Part shown: piece after piece, positions 56,555 through 64,000 of the stretch
How positions within the stretch are numbered: the first letter of the stretch is position 1
Layout of the letters: every line of letters starts with the position of its first letter
DNA from: Pseudomonadota bacterium
GTDB lineage: Bacteria > Campylobacterota > Campylobacteria > Campylobacterales > Sulfurimonadaceae
Direction of reading: 5' to 3'
Length of the DNA: 64,000 nucleotides
NCBI GenBank assembly: GCA_043797085.1
Contig: JAZDQA010000013.1
Coordinates: 1-64,000, forward strand
Notes under the pieces: generated by a model
Told to the model about the DNA's origin: nothing
What the model saw: only the letters and a program-made list of their open reading frames with translations
Database searches by the model: none
Made by a program: the position numbers and the translations under genes

Positions 56555-57405
56555 TATTTTTTACGACACACAATTGCTTGTATCTGTTTCCCATTTCCAA
56601 CTTCTGTTTGAAATTTATCCACAATTACCAAATCATGTATGACTGCTAGACGTTCAAGAGCCATCGGTGAAAAAAAGTTGATATGTTCGTGCCACAGTCT
56701 CTTTTTAGTATAGAACTTCTCCATAGGATTAACCATCAATGTTTCTAACGGTATTTCTAGGTATATGAGAGTTCGCTTACCACTAAGGTCAACGAGCTGT
56801 TGTATAATCTGATGAGGGTCGCTCACATGTTCTAGTACTTGCATGCACGTCACCAAAGAGTATTCACATTGGTATTTTTTTATTTCATCAATAGTTACTG
56901 CAACAGCATTATGCAACGTTGTTTTACCTGAAATGTCAAAAATATGTACTGTATCTGCAGTATCAATAAAAGGGGTATTTGCCCCATCATCTCCCCCGAA
57001 ATCAAGAATACGCATGTCGCCCGACAGATGTGGTTGTAAAAACAGCTCTACTTGTCGCACATAATCCCAACGTTTTCCCTCGAGCACTTGATTGACTATC
57101 TCATAGCCACTTTCATACGACGATCGTAATTCGGTATAGTTCTCATCTCGATATCCACTATAAAGACGTCCCATCTCATCATCATCAAAGCGCATGTCCA
57201 AAAAAAGCATTTGACACTCACTGCAACAAAGCGTATTACACAATGCATAAGCATGACCAATTGGTATATCCCGAAAACCAAATGATTCATCAATATCCAT
57301 AGGCTTCCAGTCAAAGATACGATCTGCCAAAAAAGGGGCTAAAACAGCTGAAACTTTTACTAGGTTATGTGAGCCACATACAACACATTGACGAGCAACA
57401 GTCAT
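56554..57405 (-). CDS. Class I SAM-dependent methyltransferase with an N-terminal CxxC ribbon
   Basis: CVVC...CSEC, ILDFGGDDG, QVLEHV, HEHINFF. Confidence 0.85.
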   Translation of the reverse strand: MTVARQCVVCGSHNLVKVSAVLAPFLADRIFDWKPMDIDESFGFRDIPIGHAYALCNTLCCSECQMLFLDMRFDDDEMGRLYSGYRDENYTELRSSYESGYEIVNQVLEGKRWDYVRQVELFLQPHLSGDMRILDFGGDDGANTPFIDTADTVHIFDISGKTTLHNAVAVTIDEIKKYQCEYSLVTCMQVLEHVSDPHQIIQQLVDLSGKRTLIYLEIPLETLMVNPMEKFYTKKRLWHEHINFFSPMALERLAVIHDLVIVDKFQTEVGNGKQIQAIVCRKK

Positions 57406-57408
57406 AAA

Positions 57409-58239
57409 TTAGTCTTCCAATACGGCAGTAGTAAACTCGTTGTATTTAATCAACTGCTGCACCAACGCTGTTTTAAGTTGAGTTAGCTCATACCCACCAT
57501 TAATACCAAACTTTTTAAGTACGTATTCCAGTGGAATATTACCGTCGTGCCATTTTCCCCCTAGTCCCAATAACGTTGCGTCAGTATACCGACACCCTTT
57601 AGCAAGTGCTACATCCAGTAGCATCTCACCTGTCCCATTTTTATCATGCAAGTGCATCCCAGCTTCAATTCCCTCAGCTCGAACGGCATCCATCGTGTTA
57701 CTGACATACTCTGGGGTGAACACACTCTCTGTATCCGCAAAATAAATTACATCAACGCCATGCGCCTTACTAAAACGGGCAAATTCGATATTTTTCTCAA
57801 TTGAATTGTATCCTGCACTGGTAAAATTAATAAACAGCTCATATCCTAGCTTTTGAACCTCTTCCACATGCCGTGCGAGTACATCTAAATCAGTTTCATG
57901 GGAACGGGTAATAAAACGGACCGCATCAATCACACTGTCACTTCGAGGTAATAAGGTTGATAGCGGTCGCTGTAAATCTTGCATTGCTGAGAGCTTTGTC
58001 CAGTTTTTAATCGGTGCAAACATTTTAATCAAATCATCATTTTGCTCACTACAATACCGAAATATTCCACGTTCAGGATCGGCTAACTGTGAGTGAAAAA
58101 AACCAAGCTCTAAATAATCAATACCTTTTCCATGAGCAAATTTATACATATCAACTGCAAATTTTTTATCAAAATGCCATCCTGTTTGATAACCTGCTTC
58201 TCGTAACGTGCAGTCAAAAAGTGTTACTTTATTTTGCAT
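57409..58239 (-). CDS. DRE-TIM (HMGL-like) metallo-aldolase, 4-hydroxy-2-oxovalerate aldolase-like
   Basis: DCTLREAGY, YFADT, MHLHD, DATLLGLG...GN. Confidence 0.8.
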   Translation of the reverse strand: MQNKVTLFDCTLREAGYQTGWHFDKKFAVDMYKFAHGKGIDYLELGFFHSQLADPERGIFRYCSEQNDDLIKMFAPIKNWTKLSAMQDLQRPLSTLLPRSDSVIDAVRFITRSHETDLDVLARHVEEVQKLGYELFINFTSAGYNSIEKNIEFARFSKAHGVDVIYFADTESVFTPEYVSNTMDAVRAEGIEAGMHLHDKNGTGEMLLDVALAKGCRYTDATLLGLGGKWHDGNIPLEYVLKKFGINGGYELTQLKTALVQQLIKYNEFTTAVLED

Positions 58240-58257
58240 AATATTCTCCTTTCATCT

Positions 58258-59289
58258 TTAGTTAAAACAATATAAAACCAAGTCAAAACCATAACGTCCA
58301 TGTTGACGTATGTATAATTTTGAATAGTATTGGGACAAATAAAGTGGTAATGTTATTATATCATCCGGCTTATGATAGAGTGAAATAGCAAGTGCGGGTT
58401 TATGTGTTTCAATGAGTCGTGTAGCACCTAAAAGGGCTTCTTGTTCAAACCCTTCTATATCCATTTTAATCCAATCTACCTCACCTACTATTACACTGTC
58501 CAAAGAGACTATTTTGATAAGCTCAGTTCCATTATCATCAAAATGGCTCGCCATCCCCTCACCCGAAGCAAATCTCAAATTCAGTTCCCGATCACCTACG
58601 CCTAATGGCATAATAATTGAGTTGATTTTTCTTTGACGAAGAGTATTGCTCAATATTTCTCTGTTACTAACATCTGGTTCAAATGCTATGTACTCACCAA
58701 GATCAATCGATTTATCTAACGCACTGTTAAGTAAATCTCCAAAACAAGCACCGCAATCAACAACTCGTAAAGATTTTTCAAGCGAATGAAGATGTTGGAC
58801 AAAAAAATCGGGAACATATTGGTCTTCTTGGCTCAAACAGCGATGCAAAAGAGTAATATCACCATCCGTTCTAAAGTCAATATGTGCTTGAAAAATATTT
58901 GTTGACAAATCATCAAACAATAGATTTGAAACCTGCACTATCTCTTCGCGTTTCTTATCAAAATTTCCAATATAAAAATAGTCAAACTCCAAATTAAATT
59001 GGTTAATTACTTGTTGAATATTAACTACTTCTTTGAACCCTAATGAAAGAATAAGCTTTGTTAGTTCATTCAATTCATTCTCTCTTAATTCTTGTTTAAA
59101 AGTACTTACAATAACAGTAGTTTCACTTCTAAAAGAATCTTCGATTTGTAAAGGAGTAATTATTTCTATCTCATCAAAAATTGTACCGTTTTTATGATTA
59201 TCCAGCAAAAAATCAACTTTAATGTTTTGTTTTTTGAGTTGAAAATAGAGTTTTTGTCCTAGTGCGCCTATCCCTAATAGTGCTACCAC
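58258..59289 (-). CDS. FkbM-family methyltransferase
   Basis: VDCGACFGD, AFEPD, IKMDIEG.E, LAISLYH. Confidence 0.9.
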   Translation of the reverse strand: MVALLGIGALGQKLYFQLKKQNIKVDFLLDNHKNGTIFDEIEIITPLQIEDSFRSETTVIVSTFKQELRENELNELTKLILSLGFKEVVNIQQVINQFNLEFDYFYIGNFDKKREEIVQVSNLLFDDLSTNIFQAHIDFRTDGDITLLHRCLSQEDQYVPDFFVQHLHSLEKSLRVVDCGACFGDLLNSALDKSIDLGEYIAFEPDVSNREILSNTLRQRKINSIIMPLGVGDRELNLRFASGEGMASHFDDNGTELIKIVSLDSVIVGEVDWIKMDIEGFEQEALLGATRLIETHKPALAISLYHKPDDIITLPLYLSQYYSKLYIRQHGRYGFDLVLYCFN

Positions 59290-61089
59290 TTATTCCCCCA
59301 TCGGCTTAATAATCATATTACGCTTAAATACATCCCGCTCTAAAAAAGGATACATATCTTCCAGTGGTGCAGACATCATCGTTCCATCAGCTTTGATTTT
59401 AGAGGAGAGTTTTGGTTCCATTTTCTCTGTCGAATCAATCATAACCTCACAGATAAACTGCTCATTTTCATTATAGATTTTACTTATTGTATCCAATAAG
59501 TTATCTTGGTTTTCAATTTTGAACGTTTTAAATCCATACGCCATAGAGATTTTTCCAATATCAGGAAAGCTTACCCCGCTACCTATATCTGAACCCACTC
59601 TAAATCCATTAAAAAAATTATTTTGAGTATTACGTATTGACGAATAGCCATTATTATTCAGAACAAATAACTTGATTGGAAGATTATAATGGATGATTGT
59701 CTGAAGCTCTTGAAGATTCATCTGTAAACTTCCTTCCCCCGTTACACACACAATACTTTGACGATTATTTGCCAAACACGCACCAATAGCAGCGGGTAAA
59801 TCATACCCCATGGCTGCACATCCAGAATTTTCTATAATGCGCTGATTACCTTTGGTTACCAAGCTTTGATAAGATGATACACTAGCAGTAGCATTGGCAA
59901 AAACAAAAACCTCATTATTTTTAACAATATCTGAAAGAGTATGAAAGAAAAAATACGAATCCACAAAATCTTTTACATCTCGTCGCTCTGGTATAATCGT
60001 TGGAAAATCCTCTCGATATACTCGACATCGCTGCACCCAAGGCTCATACGATGGTAATGGATTTTGCTCAGTTGCTTTTTTCAAATCACTAATAAATATT
60101 TTAGCATCTGCATTGATTTTTACATCAATGGATAATGTATGTTTCTCAAGTTCAGCGGGGTCAATATCAACAACAATTTTTTGTGCTTCACGCCCAAAAT
60201 ATTCCCAATTGTAACTGATAGCGCGAATATTTAACCGTGCTCCGATAGCAATAATTAAATCACTGTTTTGGACAATAAAATTGGTTGAACGATGTCCTAT
60301 CGTACCAAATCGTCCAAAGCCAAAAGGATGATCGTCATTAACCATGTCATAACGTGCGAACGAAGATACGACAGGAATTTGTAATTTTTCTATCAGTTCC
60401 AAAAACTGCTCTCTCGCATTGGCCAATACAATCCCGTTTCCAGCAATGATAACAGGACGCTTAGCCGTATGCAACATAGCTACTACATCAGTAATTTTAG
60501 TATCATACACAGATTTTGGTGGAGAAATAAAACCAACCAAATCAGATTCCTCGATCATAGCGCTTTGAATATCGAGCGGAATATCGAGCCAAACAGGTCC
60601 TGGACGACCATGCTTTGCTTCATAAAGCGCTTTTTCCAGATGGAATCGAACGCTATTTTTATCCGTAATCATTACAGCGTACTTAGTAATAGGCTTTACC
60701 ATAGCAATAATATTACCCTCTTGATCACCCAGCTGTCGTAAATTTAACTCTAGTTGGGATGCTATGGTGGTTTGAAACTTCACTTGCCCCGAAATGGTAA
60801 GCGTTGGTATCGAATCAACCCATGCACTGTACACTCCGGTGATTGCATTCGTCCCTCCTGGGCCTGTTGTCACGTACGCAATACCAATCTTATTGGAAAG
60901 CCTTGCATATCCTTCAGTAGCGAAAGTACAGGCCTGCTCATGGTGATTACACACATACTCTAAACCATCGTGTTTTCCTAAAGCATCAATGAGATGCATA
61001 TTACCGCCACCTGAAACCATAAATACCGTTTTAGCCGTATCATTGTGTTGCGCCAAAGTATTGGCAATATAGTCTGCTACTCGAATCAT
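59290..61089 (-). CDS. ThDP-dependent enzyme, YerE-like (acetolactate synthase family)
   Basis: HHEQ, TTGPG.TN, GEGS...NNNGY ThDP motif; follows rfbH. Confidence 0.85.
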   Translation of the reverse strand: MIRVADYIANTLAQHNDTAKTVFMVSGGGNMHLIDALGKHDGLEYVCNHHEQACTFATEGYARLSNKIGIAYVTTGPGGTNAITGVYSAWVDSIPTLTISGQVKFQTTIASQLELNLRQLGDQEGNIIAMVKPITKYAVMITDKNSVRFHLEKALYEAKHGRPGPVWLDIPLDIQSAMIEESDLVGFISPPKSVYDTKITDVVAMLHTAKRPVIIAGNGIVLANAREQFLELIEKLQIPVVSSFARYDMVNDDHPFGFGRFGTIGHRSTNFIVQNSDLIIAIGARLNIRAISYNWEYFGREAQKIVVDIDPAELEKHTLSIDVKINADAKIFISDLKKATEQNPLPSYEPWVQRCRVYREDFPTIIPERRDVKDFVDSYFFFHTLSDIVKNNEVFVFANATASVSSYQSLVTKGNQRIIENSGCAAMGYDLPAAIGACLANNRQSIVCVTGEGSLQMNLQELQTIIHYNLPIKLFVLNNNGYSSIRNTQNNFFNGFRVGSDIGSGVSFPDIGKISMAYGFKTFKIENQDNLLDTISKIYNENEQFICEVMIDSTEKMEPKLSSKIKADGTMMSAPLEDMYPFLERDVFKRNMIIKPMGE

Positions 61090-62414
61090 TTTTGAATAAA
61101 CCCTCTAATTTTTTCTATCATATACGCTATTGCATCATCGCCCATTCCCGGATAAAGTCCAATCCAAAAACTGTCATTCATAATCTTATCCGTATTTGCC
61201 AGTTCCCCGATAACACGGTAATCAGACTCACTCACCATACTGTCAAACATTGGATGGCGGAGCATATTTCCTGCGAACAGATTACGTGTTTGGATATTGG
61301 CATTTTCGAGATGTTCTACGAGTTCATTACGGGTGAATCTTACAGTATCTTTCAATGTAATCATAAACCCAAACCAGCTTGGATCACTGTTGGGTGTTGC
61401 AGTATTTAGAATCAGCTCATCCATCCCACTTAACCCATCGTAAAGTTTAGTAAAATTTTCTTTACGCTTTTCAACAAAAGTCGGAAATTTTTCAAGTTGT
61501 GCTACACCGATTGCCGCTTGCATATCGGAGACTTTGAGATTGAATCCGAAGTGACTGTAGACGTACTTGTGATCATACCCCTTTGGCAAAGTTCCAAAAC
61601 TTTGAGAGAATCGGCATCCGCAAGTGTTATCAATACCGCTTTCACACCAGCAGTCGCGTCCCCAGTCACGCATAGAGAGCATAATCTTTTTTAGGAGAGG
61701 ATTGTCCGTATAGGTCGCTCCCCCTTCTCCCATGGTCATATGGTGAGGAGGGTAAAAACTAGATGTTCCGATATCTCCCCATGTCCCTGTCGGTTTCCCC
61801 TCGTAGGTAGATCCTAACGCATCGCAGTTGTCCTCGATAAGCCAGAGGTTATGTTTGTCGCAAAACTCTTTGACCGCACGGAGGTTAAAAGGGTTACCCA
61901 GCGTATGGGCGATCATGACCACCTTGGTTTTTGGGCTAAGGGCCTTTTCGAGTTGTGTTACATCGATGTTAAAATGGGTCAGTTCCATATCAACAAAAAC
62001 CGGAACGGCGCCGTATTGCACGATCGGGGCAACTGTGGTCGGGAAACCTGCCGCAACGGTGATTACTTCATCTCCACGCTTGACTTGACGATCACCGTGC
62101 AATGGGGACGTAAGGGTATAAAATGCAAGGAGATTTGCAGAACTGCCACTATTAACGAGAAATGTCCATCGTACTCCAAGATAGTCGGCGAGTTTCTTTT
62201 CAAATGTTTTAGAATAGCTTCCGTAGGTGAGCCAAAAATCCAGAGAGCTGTCGACGAGGTTAATCATCTCTTTTTCATCAAATACGCGTCCTGCATAGTT
62301 GACACGGCTTTTACCCGCTACAAATACTGCTTCTTGCATCGGTTTATGTACGAGTTCATAATACTCTTTGGTCTTTTGCAGAATCTCATTTTTTAGTTGC
62401 TGGGCTGGTGTCAT
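61086..62414 (-). CDS. rfbH: CDP-4-keto-6-deoxy-D-glucose 3-dehydrase (E1)
   Basis: NSGSSAN, SFYPPHHMTMGEGG (His replaces Lys), GRDCWC...NTC, YDHKY. Confidence 0.93.
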   Translation of the reverse strand: MTPAQQLKNEILQKTKEYYELVHKPMQEAVFVAGKSRVNYAGRVFDEKEMINLVDSSLDFWLTYGSYSKTFEKKLADYLGVRWTFLVNSGSSANLLAFYTLTSPLHGDRQVKRGDEVITVAAGFPTTVAPIVQYGAVPVFVDMELTHFNIDVTQLEKALSPKTKVVMIAHTLGNPFNLRAVKEFCDKHNLWLIEDNCDALGSTYEGKPTGTWGDIGTSSFYPPHHMTMGEGGATYTDNPLLKKIMLSMRDWGRDCWCESGIDNTCGCRFSQSFGTLPKGYDHKYVYSHFGFNLKVSDMQAAIGVAQLEKFPTFVEKRKENFTKLYDGLSGMDELILNTATPNSDPSWFGFMITLKDTVRFTRNELVEHLENANIQTRNLFAGNMLRHPMFDSMVSESDYRVIGELANTDKIMNDSFWIGLYPGMGDDAIAYMIEKIRGFIQK

Positions 62415-62416
62415 CT

Positions 62417-63517
62417 CTACCACTCTCTTGTCCATGATAGTTTTTTTTGTCGTGCATTTTGAACATAATCATCTAAATTTTGTACTGTTGTAGCAACATT
62501 ATTCTCATAAAAATATTTGTACCATAATAGCGTTTTTTCAAAAGCAGTTTCGCTATCCCAAACATCTTTCCATTTTAAACGAATATGGGCTTTTGAACAA
62601 TCGAGTTTTAATAAATTCGCTTCATGAAATTGATGAAGATCTCGATTGATCTCATAATCGATTTTATCCCAGTGTTTTTTTACATGATGTACGACCTCTT
62701 CAACAGTAATACTCCCCTCATCACTGGGACCAAAGTTCCATGCTTCTCCAAATTCAACTTTTTCTTCCAAAAGTTTTTGTCCGATAGCAAGATATCCACT
62801 GAGCGGTTCAAGAACATGCTGCCATGGACGAGTAGCATTGGGATTTCGGATACTGACTTTTTTTCCTTTTGAAACGGATAACATAATATCAGTCATCAGG
62901 CGCTCTTTTGCCCAGTCTCCACCACCGATCACGTTACCTGCGCGACACGATGCTAAAAGAGTATTATGCGATTTTTTGTAATCGACAGGATTGAAATATG
63001 AGTTTCGATAAGAATTAGCGAGTAAATCGGCACACCCTTTAGACGAGCTGTAAGGGTCATATCCTCCCATAGGATCGTTTTCACGATATCCCCATACCCA
63101 TTCGCGGTTTTCATAGGCTTTATCGCTTGTGATGTTAACGATGGCTTTGACATTGTGTGTACGGCACGCTTCAAAAACCTTCAGTGTCCCCATGACATTG
63201 GTTTCATAGGTTTCGATAGGGGCTTCATAGGAGAAGCGCACAAGCGATTGAGCGGCAAGATGAAATACTATGTCGGGCTTGTAGGTTGCAAAAGTAGTAT
63301 TTAATGCGTCCAAATCTCGAATATCTCCGATGATAGAGATAATATCAAGATCTAGAAGCAAAATATGGTTAGGCTCAGTGGGGGCAGGAAGTGAATATCC
63401 GATTACTTTGGCTCCCATTTGATGTAACCATAATGCAAGCCATGATCCTTTGAATCCTGTATGCCCCGTTAGTAAAACCGTTTTATCTTTGTAAACGCCA
63501 CCAAAAAGATTATCCAT
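62417..63517 (-). CDS. rfbG: CDP-glucose 4,6-dehydratase
   Basis: TGHTGFKGSWL, TSDKAY, DPYSSSK, RAGNVIGGGDW, RPWQHVLEPL. Confidence 0.96.
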   Translation of the reverse strand: MDNLFGGVYKDKTVLLTGHTGFKGSWLALWLHQMGAKVIGYSLPAPTEPNHILLLDLDIISIIGDIRDLDALNTTFATYKPDIVFHLAAQSLVRFSYEAPIETYETNVMGTLKVFEACRTHNVKAIVNITSDKAYENREWVWGYRENDPMGGYDPYSSSKGCADLLANSYRNSYFNPVDYKKSHNTLLASCRAGNVIGGGDWAKERLMTDIMLSVSKGKKVSIRNPNATRPWQHVLEPLSGYLAIGQKLLEEKVEFGEAWNFGPSDEGSITVEEVVHHVKKHWDKIDYEINRDLHQFHEANLLKLDCSKAHIRLKWKDVWDSETAFEKTLLWYKYFYENNVATTVQNLDDYVQNARQKKLSWTREW

Positions 63518-63999
63518 TACCAGTTTTTCCATTTGGCTTTATTATCATGCCACAGTTGGTTCAGTTTTTGGTTATCTCGAAGCGTATCCATACACTGCCA
63601 AAAACCATGATGTTTATAAGCAAAAAGCTCACCCTCTTTTGCAATCGCTTGCAAGGCAGTTTGCTCAAAAACACATGCTTCATTTTCAGTTAAATACTTA
63701 AATATTGTTGATTCGCATACAAAAAATCCGCCATTAATCCAGCCACCCTCATCAAGCGGCTTTTCAACAAAACTTTTAATATTCATATCTTCAGAAATTT
63801 CCAAATTTCCAAATCGTGCTTCGGGTTGGACAGCGGTCATCGTTAATGTCTTGCCATTCTTTTTGTGAAAGGCTACCGTATCTGTAATATTAACATCACA
63901 AACTCCATCACCATAGGTAAGTAAAAAAGGCTCATTTCCAATATATTTTTCAGCTCTTTTGATCCGTCCACCTGTCATTGTATCACGTCCCGTATCGAC
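63517..63999 (-). CDS. rfbF: Glucose-1-phosphate cytidylyltransferase, C-terminal part; gene starts beyond the window
   Basis: VDTG..TMTGGRIKR, TYGDGV, INGGFFV, FWQCMDTLRD. Confidence 0.95.
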   Translation of the reverse strand, partial: VDTGRDTMTGGRIKRAEKYIGNEPFLLTYGDGVCDVNITDTVAFHKKNGKTLTMTAVQPEARFGNLEISEDMNIKSFVEKPLDEGGWINGGFFVCESTIFKYLTENEACVFEQTALQAIAKEGELFAYKHHGFWQCMDTLRDNQKLNQLWHDNKAKWKNW

Positions 64000-64000
64000 T

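Noticed and set aside
59290..61089. Annotation as biosynthetic acetolactate synthase (ilvB/ilvI)
   Set aside because: No regulatory subunit or ilv genes nearby; it is coupled to rfbH in a CDP-sugar operon, which fits a YerE-like role better.
61092..62396. Long antisense ORFs opposite rfbH, and similar ones opposite dnaB, der and ccoI
   Set aside because: Typical shadow frames of conserved genes; no motifs.
1..64000. Transposases, anti-phage defence genes, toxin-antitoxin pairs, rRNA or tRNA
   Set aside because: No ORF or intergenic segment shows the relevant motifs; almost all sequence is accounted for by the listed genes.

Overview
A 64 kb chromosomal segment from a Campylobacterota (epsilonproteobacterium). 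Gene content, TATAAT-only promoters and synteny suggest a Sulfuricurvum/Sulfurimonas-like organism; this assignment is an inference. From left to right: the 3' end of an MBOAT O-acyltransferase plus an SGNH-like partner; an LPS core/ADP-heptose locus (GT4, GT2, LPS kinase, GT9, a GH-A-like protein, waaF, hldE, hldD, gmhB, gmhA) interleaved with cytochrome c553 and ccoI/ccoS; a long housekeeping stretch (trpS, hpf, trxC, hemJ, der, metK, ferredoxin, ndk, rpmF-plsX-fabH, DEAD-box helicase, argF, hemB, ribA, rsmG, alr, agmatine deiminase, OprC-like TonB receptor, M23 peptidase, glcD, yihY, comEC, dnaB, ispG, priA); and an accessory block of three type IV pilin-like genes directly downstream of a CDP-3,6-dideoxy/branched-chain sugar pathway (rfbF, rfbG, rfbH, YerE-like ThDP enzyme, aldolase, two methyltransferases, reductase) that feeds GtrA, GtrB and two tandem DUF6044/YkoS-like membrane transferases. 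I found no rRNA, tRNA, CRISPR array or transposase. The main observations are: (1) ten copies of a dispersed 70-95 bp three-hairpin GTAG/REP-like element with clear compensatory base changes, in two modular subtypes, one copy inserted in frame in priA and two supplying stop codons; (2) a candidate Gtr/GT-C system that may attach a methylated branched-chain sugar to pilins or another surface glycan; (3) a 28 bp perfect inverted repeat between hemB and ribA.
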